DNA of 64,000 nucleotides from the human T2T-CHM13v2.0 reference genome, Homo sapiens, in assembly GCF_009914755.1 (NCBI RefSeq), contig NC_060944.1; one strand, given 5' to 3'. Shown here in pieces: positions 1 to 12,642 of the stretch. The notes beneath the pieces were generated by a model, which saw only the letters and a program-made list of their open reading frames with translations, searched no databases and was not told the DNA's origin. The translations under genes were made by a program, and so were the position numbers. Position 1 is the stretch's first letter, and each line of letters begins with the position of its first letter.

Positions 1-197
1 ATCTTCTCATCCTTACTGTGTTCCAGAAAGTTAATAGGAAAGCTGAAGTTCAAAAACAGTCTCCAAAATTTATTTAAAAAGCAATGAATAAAAATATATA
101 TGTCAAGAAATAATAAATACTCTGCAGAGTACTAAACCATAGTGTATTAGTATGTTCTCACATTGCTATAAGGAAATACCTGAGACTGGGTAAATTA

Positions 198-494
<297 letters not shown>

Positions 495-620
495 GGAGAG
501 AAGAAGAAGAAGAAGAGGAAGAGGAAGAAGAAGAAGGGGAAGGGGAAGGGGAAGAGAAAGAGGAGGAAGAGGAAGAAGAAGAAGAAAGGGAAGGGGAAGG
601 GGAAGGGGGAGGAGGAGAGA
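495..620 (+). repeat. Purine-only GAA/GAG/GGGGAA simple repeat forming the Alu tail
   Basis: About 125 nt composed only of A and G. Confidence 0.95.
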
Positions 621-1391
621 GGTTTAATAGGCTCATAGTTTTGCAGGCTGTACAGGAAGCATAGTGGTTTCTGCTTCCGGGGAGGCCTCTGGAAGCTTCC
701 AATCATGGCGGAAGGCAAAGGGGGAGCAGGCATCTTCCAAATCAGGAGCAGGAGCAAGAGAAAGAGCAAGGGGGGAGGTGCTAAAACACACTTTTAAACA
801 ACCATATCACATGAGAACTCACTCGCTATCATGACAATGGCACCAAGGAGTGCCATTTCCATACACGAGTCATTCCAACCACCACACTGTCCCCCTGATA
901 AGACTTGCTGAGACATTTGCTGATACCTAATTGGCTTAGAAATGCAAAAGTACACCTCTAAAGATGAAATTTGACCCTTTCCCCCAGGCTCTGTCTGGAG
1001 GTTGGGTTGCTATCACGAGGTTAAAAAACATTGATGATAATAAACAATCATGATAATATTTTCTTATGTGGAAATTTTATTACCTGATATTTGCAACATT
1101 TAAAAGAGCTAATGAAAATAATAATATATTAATAGCCAACACTGGTTGAGAACTTGCCTTGTTCCTCTTATCTTGACCTCTGAGATGCCAAAAATAAATG
1201 TTGCCAATCCATGCATGTGCAGTTATTCAAGCTATATTTTCTTGAATTGAAATATAAGTCTTAAAACCAGTCTGTTCCCTCACAGCAGATTGATTTCCTT
1301 GAGATTAGAGAGTAGGTTTCATTTATCTTTATGTATCTAGTAGGTCATATAGCATCCTGCACCAAGTAGGCCATCAAAAAATATTCATGGA

Positions 1392-1692
1392 GGCAGTGGC
1401 TGACACCTGTAATCCCAGCACTTTGGGAGGCCGAGGCAGGTGGATCACGAGGTCGGGAGTTCAAGACCAGTCTGGCCAAGATGGTGAAACCCCGTCTCTA
1501 CTAAAAATACAAAAATTTTTATTTTTGTATTACGGGCGTGGTGGCACACACCTGTAATTCCAGCTACTCTGGATGCTGAGGCAGAGAATTGCTTAAACCT
1601 GGAGGGGCAGAGGTTGTCGTGAGCCAAGATCGCACCACTGCACTCCAGCCTGGGCTACAGAGCAAGACTCCGTCTCAAAAAAAAAAAAAAAA
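1392..1692 (+). mobile_element. Alu (S-like) with rearranged linker
   Basis: Alu consensus, poly(A) tail, tcatgga repeated on both flanks. Confidence 0.95.
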
Positions 1693-3222
1693 TCATGGAA
1701 AAAGTGAATAAATGGTCTTCCTCAGGGATAGAAAGGGTAAAAAATGTTTTTTAATTAGAAAGATCAACAACTAGAGTAGTTTGAGCCCATTAAACATAGA
1801 GCAAACCTCCTTGGACACCCTCCATTTTCATGTCTGTGTATAAATTGAACAAGATAATGAAACCTTCTGCTTATAAGAAAAAATGTTAGTTTCTATTCTG
1901 CATTGTAGTAGATTTTAAAAAGATTTCCATTGAAAACATCTACTTTTTAACATTTGGTGCTAAATTTGTAAGTTCCTGTTTCCGAAAAAAATTCACTTAA
2001 GTTGACTAATTTATTTCCTGATAAATATTACATGAATATCTCATATGAATATATTTCTTTAAAAATTTAGGCACCTATAACCTGATTCTTATCCCAATAG
2101 AAGCAATTAAGGGGCAGGTGGTGGTATCACCTTTAACTGAAGTAGTAAGCTGTTGGTCTTCCAAGGTGACCCAGCAAGCAGATGACTGAATCCAAAAGTG
2201 GGTGATTTATCATGTCATTCTGGGAGAACATGAAGAAGTTCTCAGCTTTTAGAATGTACCTTAGGCCAATTACGTGCACGTTGACAAAGATGGATGTGTC
2301 TTCATTATGTAGTTTATTATGGATAGATCAGGGCTGGGACAAGAACCTACATCTTGTGATCCTAGTACAGTACATTTTTAGGAAGCACAACCCCCATAGA
2401 TGACCCTACAAGGAGCCTATACTGGAGTGAAATAGGAGGCTGTGAGTTTTACAAGACATCAAACAATGGCTGCAAACTTGATTTTATAGGTTTAGTAATA
2501 TCTCCAGGGAATAATTCTCTTTCCCTTTCCCTACTTCTGTAATTGGTATATACTCTAAATGCCATTAGACCCAGCTTGCTCTAAAGATCTGTAGGGATAG
2601 TATTTCTCTCTCTCCCTCATTCAGTATGTGCCCATGTCAGGCCTAACTGAACACAGGGACCAAATAAATAGAAGATATTCCATTCAGATTTTATAGCCTG
2701 ACTGCTTTACTCTGCAACCTCTATTATTGAGAATTATCTATTTTGACTGCAAACACGTCATTTCATCAAAGGTTCTTTACAAAGCAGATGACATTGAAAA
2801 GCAGCCTCACATTTTTCAGGTTTAGAGACTAGATTTTTATGGACTTGGAAACTTGGAAGTCAGCTCACCATTCTGGCATAGTCTTCCTGCCAAGCCCAAA
2901 TTCTGAAATCAGTGTGGGAGCAATCAGTGGGTGACATCCATCTCAGAGTCAAAGAAACAGGGGACTTCTGATTCCTTGTAATTTCTCTAGAAGTAAATCC
3001 TCTTTTCCTTGACTGGCACTCTTCTCTTTTGAGGGCCAATAACAACCTACTCATTAAGAACCATTTAACATTTTCCAAAAATACTTCCAAAACCATTAAC
3101 TCATTTGATCCATGTATCAATTCTATGAAGTCAGTAGGCCAAATATTAATATTTGTAGTGAACAAGAAAGCCAAGCACGAAGTGTTCAAAAAACTAACCC
3201 GACAACAAACTGAAACCCTGGA

Positions 3223-3364
3223 TATTATCAGGATAACAAAAAAATCACCTGACCTGACCCCCAGTTAGGAAATTTCCCACTGTCCTATGCACTGTTCTGC
3301 ACACAGTAGGAAATTTCCCAATTAGGGGCCAGGTCAGATGATTTTTTTTGTTATTCTGATAACA
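3223..3364. repeat. Long inverted repeat (~61-bp arms, 19-nt spacer)
   Basis: 3223-3283 is the reverse complement of 3303-3364 with 8 transitions and 1 indel. Confidence 0.9.
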
Positions 3365-3671
3365 TTCTTCTCTTCTAGACTATGAGAAGAGAGGTGCTGT
3401 AGTGGTGGAGAAGCGAGTGTGTGTGTCCCCAAGAATATTTTAGGTATGGCCACCAAGTTAGCCCTAAAGAAACTACAATTAAACTAGGAAATAGAGCAGA
3501 TAAACTCTGTGTCTAGAATTCTAAACTTCTTAGATTTATATGTCCTAAACCCAAGTCTTTCCCGTCTCTTTTCAGGCTGTTCCCACAAGTACTGACATTA
3601 CTTCCAAAGAGGAGAATTTGGGTCACTAATCTAGCGAAAGCATCTTCCCCTCTGAATTCACCATCAAGATG

Positions 3672-3985
3672 AATGCTATCCACTAGAAATATAAAGGAAG
3701 CCACATAGGTGATCTTAAATTTTCTAGTGGGCACATTTTAAAAAGGAAGACAAGGCAATTAAAATATAATTTTAATAATATATTTCACTTAACCCAACAT
3801 ATCCAAAATATTACCATTTCAACACATGATCAATATTCTAAACTACATTAGTGAGATAGTTACACTCTTATTTTCATTCTTAGTCTTCAAAATCCAGTGT
3901 GTATTGTCCACTCACAGCACACCTCAACTCAGACCAGCCACGTTTCCAGGGCCTCAAAGTCCACACCTGGCCAGGAGCTGACGGT
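3672..3985. mobile_element. MER33-like hAT-Charlie DNA transposon
   Basis: tatccaaaatattaccatttcaaca...gtcttcaaaatccagtgtgt...cagccacgtttcca; homologous to the copy at ~20606-20925. Confidence 0.7.
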
Positions 3986-4293
3986 CTAGCTCCTGTGAGT
4001 AAGCTAGTCCTCAGATTTTATAAAACTCTCTCTTCAGGGTTGTGCTCACCTTCCCCCTCCCACTCCTGCTGCTCCTGACCTCCATCACCAGAAGAGACCC
4101 CCAAGAGCAAATCATATTTTTGTTTCCAAGAGGGCCCACTGACAACACTAAAACCCAGGAGGAAGCAGTTGACTTAAGACCTTCGAGTGACTCACTTTGT
4201 AGGAAAAGCAGAGAAAGGCTGGCAAACAAGAAAAACATAAGCTCATTTTTCTCCCCCTCATCAACCTCATTCCCCAACCTGTTTGCATCCTGA

Positions 4294-4349
4294 AGAGGGC
4301 AGAGGCCTCCAAAGTTGCTTTAGAGGGCAGAGGCCTCCAAAGTTGCTTT
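4294..4349. repeat. Perfect 28-bp tandem duplication
   Basis: agagggcagaggcctccaaagttgcttt x2. Confidence 0.95.
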
Positions 4350-6054
4350 CTGGGTCACTGCGGGGTGATTCACCCAACAATAGGCTATAATTTACAAGGT
4401 TTTTCTCTGCAAGTCAACTCTTGCTAATGGAAGGACGACATGAATGTTGAGGCTGACAGGCTGGAAGATAAGAGTAGTTGTTTGTTCCCTCAGCCCATTG
4501 AAAAATCCAGCCCCAAACCCATTTGAAGAACAGTTCCTAATAGATAATGAGACACAAATCGTGTGTACCTGATTGTAAATGAATAGCTCATATGCACAAA
4601 GCAAACTGTAAAACCTCCATTTCTCAGCCAGGATAGCACTCCATTAATGATGTGCTTTTGTTTCTTCCAAAGACTAAGTGCTCCTTTCCAGGAGAAAATA
4701 GACCTCAACCTCACCTCCCCACCCACCATGTCCCTACCCCCACCCCAAAGAGACTGCATTACCCTGAGTATTAATATACATTGCCTAACAAATAGGCAGG
4801 CAACCAAAAACTGAGCAATTTTAGCCATTTAAACCCTGTCTTGAAATAGCAACTCACTGGATAAATGGACCTACCATTTAGCAATTTTCAAGATTTCCAA
4901 CCTGCTTTGATTTCCTCTCTAGGTAGTTTTTTATTTTGTGTTTCAGCGGGCATCAACTTTGCAATATCAGGAAAAACCAGAGCCAGGCTTGAAAATAATG
5001 CTGAGACATCTAGACTCAAACCCGGGACACAAGTGGGAATGAATCAAGCCGGGAGGATTTTTCCAAATCTACAGGAAGTGAAATTCTTCTGCTCCAGGCA
5101 ATGTTTATCACCCATGTAGAAACCTCATTGGTTTGGCAATTGTGAGCTAACAGGGTATGGCCTGAGTTATGCTCTGAATAGCTTACAGTTACTGCCTTGG
5201 ATGTGAACGATTTGGGAGGGACAAGTCTGTGCAGTGGCCTAAAGTGAGGCGTGAGTTTGTGCCTAGCTTGTCTGTGAAATTGGGTTTGTTTTTTCTGCTT
5301 TTACTACACATTAAGCCAGATGAACACAAGGACACCAGTTGTTACTTTTGAATGATTTTTAAAATTACATCTCTAGTAGGGAATATTGATTTACTTTATT
5401 GATTTTTTAAGATCCTTTCTATTTCTTTAGTGTCTGCTAGTCAGTGGCCTCAAAAATTGAATTTTCACGTGTTGTCTTTGCCACTTAACATTATCAGAAG
5501 CTTCTTGAATGTTTACTAATAGAAGTGTGACTCCTTTCATGCTTGCTGTGTCTAATGTTATTTTTGTGTTAGCAAAATTGCTCTTCAGGAATATGCTGAT
5601 GGCTAACTTGCAGAAATAGAGATTTAGGATAGACATAATGAAGGACTTCCCTACAACACTGGATATTAAATGCTGAAAAAGGCTTTTCAATTCCTTCCTG
5701 AAATAAGCCAGGGCCATAAGCACTTAGCCCACTCTATCGAAGTCTCCCCGAGAAAACCCTGCGGCTTTCTCTGCGGATTCCTCCAGCCCAACACCGAGGA
5801 ACCAGGGCCTGGGACTTCTGGAGTCCCTCCCAGGACTAATTCCCGCTCTGATGCCCAGCACAAATTTATCATAACTGCCTGACTCTCTCAGTGTGGTGTG
5901 GTGGTGGTGATGGTGTGTGTCTTCCTGAGTGTGTTGGTTGGGGATGTGGTGGGAGGGGTTGGCCAGAGAGTTGAATAAAGAGGAGGAAAAAAAAAAAGGA
6001 ATTAGATTTTTCAGAACTGCACAACCAAAGATTTGCACACTTATTTATAGAGGT

Positions 6055-6730
6055 GACCCGTGAGCTTGGTTGACCCTGGATGCTTTTCTGCGCTATAAGG
6101 GAACCCGTGGGTGGCCGATCACTCTCTGGCCCTCCAGAGGGGGCCTCCCTCCTGCGCGGAAAGCGTCCCGGTGCACAGCGCCCAGCTCCCGGGTCTCTGT
6201 CGGACCTGCGACTCCCGGCGCCTTTCTGGTGCCCTCCACGCCCTCCACGGGCAGGGGCGGAGCTGAGGGGCCCACACAGCTCCCTCTGCCCCAAACGGGG
6301 CAGAGAATGAGTAGGTGCCTGCAGCCAGGGGCGCGCCCATCCTTTCGCACACAACAGGCTCCTGTTCTCTAGGCAGTGATTAAGTGAGAAAAAGAGAAGC
6401 CTGGCTTGGGGGTGAGTCTGGCGCTGGGTGAATGTGAATCGCCGACACGGTCTCCTGCAGGGCTGCGGCGTCCTGGCCCGTGGCTGTCATTCTGTCCCGG
6501 TGCTTCACCCCCGGCCGGTGTGAAGCCAGTGTGAATCCATGGCCCGCGCGGACACACCCGCCAAGCAGGCACAGGAGCAAGGGGCTCTAGCTGCGTCCAC
6601 TCCCCAGGGTTAAAAATTAACTGTCCGGCCTTGCTGGCATCTCTGTTGACAACGCGATCATTCCTGCTGGGAGCGAGTGCGCCACAGAGATTAACTCTGC
6701 CTCTCCAGTCAGGCCGCCTGGGTTCCACTC
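6055..6730. promoter_or_regulatory. Intragenic CpG island-like region
   Basis: Abrupt GC- and CpG-rich segment (gcgcgg, ccggcg, GC box ggggcgg at ~6255) in an otherwise CpG-depleted intron; not recognisably repeat-derived. Confidence 0.8.
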
Positions 6731-7468
6731 CTAAGCCTTACCCTCTTTAAGGCTCGTTCTTCATAGGTCAGATGGATCTCAGTCGTCCTGACCGCATAGG
6801 GTTGCTCAGGCATAGAAGGCACTGGGCACCTGGTGTGGGCAAGTTGTGCCTGCTCAGTAAATATTAACTACCGACTCACAGGACATGCCTCTCTTTTTGC
6901 TACCCTCGCACGTTTCTTTTCTCGTTTCCTTCTCCATTGTCACTGACCCAGGGTTGGCTGATATAAGTGAAAAACACCAAGGGTGCCGTCTGTTATCTAA
7001 GTCATGCAAATGCTTTAAAATTATATGTCTGTGTATGTATGAATATATGTATCAGGCTCTGGGCACATAGAGGTGAAATATCATGTAAGCAAGCACTTGT
7101 ATAATTTTCTTCAGATAACAAGCTTGAAAACACAGCCTCTACTTGTTTCCTTCCCTTCCCTGTCTCCCTTTCTCTACCAGAGCTTTCTGGACCATCTCCA
7201 AATAAACTACTTGCTCTCAAATCCCAGTGTCAGAGTCTGATTCTAAGTGAATCTAGAGTGCTGGCAACCCAGAATCCTTTTCCAGGATTCAGGATGGAAT
7301 CTTACAGGAGATACACAGTCCTATAAAAAGTTAGAATAATAACGCAGCATCAATTTGTGCTTGATCATTAAGCTAATAATGCCTCCTTTCTCCACCAGCC
7401 CCATGTTTCTGATACTGTGATGTGTGATGTTGTAGTTGTGAAATGTAATATTGTGATGTGGCAGACAG

Positions 7469-7544
7469 ATTATAAGAGTTGAATGCACCAGGAGATTTCC
7501 TGTGGCATTATAAGAGTTGAATGCACCAGGAGATTTCCCGTGAC
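7469..7544. repeat. 38-bp tandem duplication (2 mismatches)
   Basis: attataagagttgaatgcaccaggagatttcc(t/c)gtg(g/a)c x2. Confidence 0.95.
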
Positions 7545-9888
7545 ATAAGTAATTCTCAGGCCCTATGAAGTGCAGGCTTTAAAAAAATCTGGTTCAGCAG
7601 CCAAAAGTCATCAAAAATTAATGCTAGTATTTTCTCTCTCAGAGAATGCTAATGGGAACATGTTCTAAAGTCCACTTTTCTTTCCTTCCTTGTTTTCTCA
7701 GCTTTTTGAGAGTGCCACATTCTCTCTTTTTGCCCTGACATCTCCCAGCTTCCCAAACATTCTGACTCAGTCTTTTCTTCTCTCCCAACAGATGCTCCTG
7801 CTAGCTCTTAGTTAGGTAAATCAACTTAGCCTCTCTATATGCATTAATTCTCTCTCAGTTCCCAAACTCTCCCTAATAAAGAAGAACTTGAGAGTTGACT
7901 CAGCTGTCCCCCAGTATAAAGTGGTGGGCATGAGGGAGAGAAATGTGAATTACTGATACATAATTTTCCCCCTATTAAACTTTATTCCTTGGAACATCTT
8001 TGTGAATTCTGCAAATTCACAAAGATATTCATAGTCCTATATTCATTTGAATTATCCAAAGCTCCTTCCAGACCCAGTTGACCCATCTTTTCTTTCCTTT
8101 TCTCACTGGAGTGGGCATAATTTCCTGCCATTTCCCACTGTGCTGCCGCCAATTCTGGCTGTGTCCATTAGTGTCCCTCTTGACAAACTTGGATTTGAAA
8201 AATGGGCAACTAAATCTTCATTTATTAGACGTGTTTTTCTTTTACTAACAGCTGCCATCTGTTCCTCTCCACCTCAATACAACTCCCCCAATCCCTCCAG
8301 CATCCTTTTTGGACATTTTCATTCCAGTTCCTCTTTATTCATGTGCACATTCAATTGCCAGACAGTTTTTGAAAGAGTAGAAATAAGAAGTAACAGAAAA
8401 TAGAAATAATAATAAAATACTACCCCCAAAATAAAAGAGACATGGGAAGAGTTTCTTTTTTCAAAAGGGAACACATAAACAACACATGAAAGGTTGGAAA
8501 ATAACAAAGAAAATAATTTTTTAAAAAAAGATGTAGACGCAGGAAGGACAATTATGGAATGGCTGGAAAGATTAATAATAACCAAATAGCTTGAGGGTTG
8601 CCTGCAGCAGAGATGAAGAGAATAAATCAGAATAGAAAAAAGGTTTGCCTGATTCTATTTTACAGACAGTCTCTTAAAATGTATGTGTCATTCAAATTTG
8701 TTTTGATGTGTCAGTCATCTCCAGCATTCATCCTGGGCTTTGGATGCTACTTAGTTGCACGACTGGATGTGTTCTAAGATCTGCCATGCAGGTTATATTC
8801 TGATTTACTTGCTTACAGTGAGCTCCTATTTGGAACATAGTTCTGAATGCCAAAGAAAACCAAAGACAGAACACTTCCAGCTCAATTTCCATCTATAAAG
8901 TGGTCAAAGAAAACTCCAGTCCTTGAACTTGTGTTCTAGTCTTTTATGCACTGTTTAGAGGTTCTGCAGGGGCTTTATGCCTGCCCTCTGTGAGAGATGA
9001 AGCATGTTACCGGCTCCTGATGAATGGACATTTAAGATCCAAAATGTATTGAAGTCGAGTTGTCATCACGTTTTTCATTTGCCCAAGTCCTATATCCAAA
9101 AAAAAATGATGTTTTTCATCATTTCATATAGATGAAAAACAACATTACCAGCCCCTGTTTCAAAGGCAAAATGCATTCTGCATTGTATATGAGTTGGGTA
9201 ATGTCAAGTGTCTGTGATTGCAGCGTGGGAGTTGTTTTGGTCTGTTTTATTTTGACTTAAGTCAGGAAACAATAAGTATGTTTGTCATTTTCCAAACAAT
9301 ATGGTCCAAAACCACTTGTGGCTGGTGTTCTTTCATCTCCACGGGGCATTCCACCCAACAATCACCATCTGCCAGGGACGCCTATGAATGTCAAAGTTCT
9401 GCTAGGTTTCTCTGAAGCCTGCTTCTGCTTTCAGCAGCTTTGAATAAGCTACAGGGCCACAATTTACTTCTATTGTCATTTCTTCAGGGAGATAGAGAGA
9501 AATACATCTGCCACTTTAGACAAGAAGCCCATGGGAAGAGTACACACACAATCAGAACAGCCAGAGCAGGATTATTCAATTCAGCTGCAATCAGAAATGG
9601 GGGAATAAGACAGAGAAGAAAAGCCCCATCTTGTTATGTGTAATGCTCATTTCTGAGCCAGTGTTTGAAGACAGATCATGCTTTGTGAGAAAAACATATT
9701 TTTTCATCAGATAGGATGTAATCAACCAAGAATTAATCATTAGTGAGCCATTAAATAATTAATTGTAAATTGTAACTAATTTCTGATTATTAAAATGACT
9801 TTTTTTTTATACCTGGGCTCCTATAATTCCCCATTTTAAATAGTTACCAAGCTACGCCCCGATAAGATAAAGACAAAAAAGTTGCAAT

Positions 9889-10400
9889 AAGTTAGCTTTG
9901 GCTATGTAACAAACCATTAAGACATAATAGATTACCACAAAAAGTATTTATTAGTTCACTATAATCTGGGTCAGGCATTTAGGATGAGTTCCGCTAGGCA
10001 GATCTTCTGCTTGTCTTGCCTGGGGTTCCTCACGCAGAGGCAATCAGCTGATGGTGTCAGTAGGAGCCGATTGGTCTTGAACGGCCTCACTCACATTTCT
10101 GGTTTTAATGCTGGCTGCTGTCTGGGAGGTGCAAGGGATTGGGCCCTGTATATCTCCAACAGAGTAGCCCAAGATTGTTCACATGCTGGTGGTCAACAGT
10201 GTTCCAAGATGCAGCAAGACAGAACAAGCCCCAGTGCAGAAACATTTTTCAAGCATCTGCTTATAGCATGTTTACTATATTCCACTGGCAAAAGCAAGTC
10301 ACTTGGCCAGGTCTAGGGCCAGTATGGGCAGGAAATCACAAGGGGGTGAACACTGGGAGGGGGGTATAAATCAAGGACGTTACTGCAACAACCTACCACA
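9889..10400. mobile_element. MaLR LTR (MLT1-like)
   Basis: agttagctttggctatgtaacaaacc...ccactggcaaaagcaagtcac...caacctaccaca. Confidence 0.65.
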
Positions 10401-11139
10401 GACGTATCCTTGAAAATGCTTTTATCCGTATCACCAGACCAAAACTCTAGGGACTTTGAATCATGTAAGCATGTGCCAAAATGGATCTCAGCTATCTTCA
10501 AATCCTTCTTTGGACAACTTAAATTCAGAAAGGTGACTTTTTTGGGCCCAAAGTCACATGACTAACTCAATACTACATTAATTATGAAGGTATTGGCAAG
10601 CATCTGGAATCACTGATATAGTAGTTTCACTTAATTTTTAGGATAGGAAAATTTATTTATAAGGGGAAAATCTATCAGGACTAAAGAGTCTAGAAAATAT
10701 TTTCAGAAAGAAAAGACAGAGCTCAGGTGGGCAGGTAAACAAGCAGATGTAATGAGGGAAAACCAACTGAAGCTCAAGGTGTTATGTTTTTCTTATATTA
10801 TTTTCAGATTCATAAGGCAGTACTTCTCAAACTTCAATGTGCACATGAACTGCCTTTCCAGGGAGAACTGTCCTACTGCAAAAGGTGTATGCCCAGGAGA
10901 CACTTAGCTCTCATCCATGTTGTTCCCAGAAATCATATAGAACTCATAGGACATACTCTGAAACCTGAATTCCTCCTCCTACAGTGCACCTTAGGGAGAC
11001 TCGTTCCCTTGGTCGCAAGACACATCCTCCTGGAATCAGTGTCTTCTTTTCATAACTGCAGTTATCCACTGCAGCAGAGAAGAGCTGAATTCTCATGTCT
11101 CCCCTCCCTAGCCAGCCCACTTGATCTAAAAGTGTTCTG

Positions 11140-11460
11140 TACCCAGGTCAAGTTCCTCAGGCAGCACCAATGTGAAAGTGAGGAAGTGAGACAGGAAAGG
11201 GAAGAAACACCATAAAGTGTGTGTTTTCAAGGAAATTACCAGTGTGGGCAACTGGGACTCAGGCTTGCTGAGCACCTCTGGGAAACTGTGGAGAACATGA
11301 CTCAGTCATCCACCCAATGGGAAGAAAGTTGGGTGTTTATCCACAAACTCCCTGTCAGAGACCGCTGGAGGGTGCTCGGGGAGGATTAGTTCTCCAGCAC
11401 ATCACTCTTCCTTAGGCACACAGCTAGTGAGTCAGAGAAAAGCCTTCAGGCAGAGACAGT
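11140..11460. mobile_element. ERVL LTR (LTR16/LTR33-like)
   Basis: gaagtgagacaggaaagggaag...gtgggcaactgggactcag...gggtgtttatccacaaactccc; similar to 63750-64000. Confidence 0.55.
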
Positions 11461-12642
11461 ATTTTGGGGTTTCTAAAAGCAGCTTCAAGCTTGTACAGGA
11501 GAATGCAGAAGGAATATGGGAAAGGCTAGAGTCCTTCTGCCTTAACCATCGCCGGAGTACTAACTAGAAAGTCAGGACTAGCTTAAATGTATAATGGTTG
11601 TGACTAAAACCAAGGCAAGCACATGAAAAGCAACACATTAGTAAAACAAGCAAAATGTTAGGCATCAAACAGCCCTGTCGGTTATTTCTGCCTTTTCCCC
11701 CTTCTGTTGACTGGTTGGGTTATGTTGTTGTTGTTATGCCAACCAATAATGTCTCAGCTGCCTTAAATAAAGTATTTGTTTTCAACATTATTCACCCAAG
11801 TTACTCAACAGGAAAGCAAAGATTTTTTCCTTGCTTTCCATTAGGAAGCAATATTAGTTAGATCTGGATTTCATTCTGTCCCTGTCGTCTCTCAAAACTG
11901 TGACCTTGGCCAAGTTATCCTCCCTCAACTTCAGTTTCCTTATCTGTTAAAAGACAATAGCAATTCTGACCACATAGGATTGCAGTGACAGAAGTATGTA
12001 AGCAGCCCATCCATGAAAGGCACACAAATGTTGTCCTCCTTCTTCCCCACTCTCCAATACTCTCCTCACTGCTGAGGATTAAATTCAATTCTACTTAATC
12101 AATTTATGTTGAAGTTTTACTGTGTGTAGACTCTGTCTTGGATTACATAGCAAGTATAGAGCTAATAATCCTTTCTTTCTAATAGCTTTCCATTTTGGGG
12201 AAAGACAGGCATATAAAGCTCTAACAAAATCAGGTAATGATAAGTACTTCTTTCAATGTGAAGAGCATCATGCTCTGATCCTACAGGGAGAAACAAATTA
12301 TCCTCTATTTTCTTGTAATTTACATAACAGTAGTTGATTCCATAATTCACTCTCAACTGCTAGAGTCTGCAAGATTCCCACCAACTGCCATCTTCAGCAG
12401 AATTGTATTACACATGAAAAAACCTTTGACTAACCTCTAATTGATTCCGACATTCCAAGAACTATTAAAAAGAGTTGAAAATAATCTAGAAACTGCTGAC
12501 TTGTATCAGGCATAGATTTATTCAGACAAAACAGAGAGACAGAAGGATTTTGAAGTGAGATGGTTTTGTCAATTGGGCATAACAAAGGAAGAAAAATAAA
12601 AATTATCGTTCATGCTTTGAAAATCTCTCTTGTGATGTACCT

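Noticed and set aside
6126-6146. CTCF-like motif tggccctccagagggggcc
   Set aside because: Core positions or spacing are mismatched in either register.
5869-6728. Overlapping ORFs of up to 161 aa in the GC-rich region
   Set aside because: Expected from stop-codon scarcity in a CpG island; no recognisable protein similarity.
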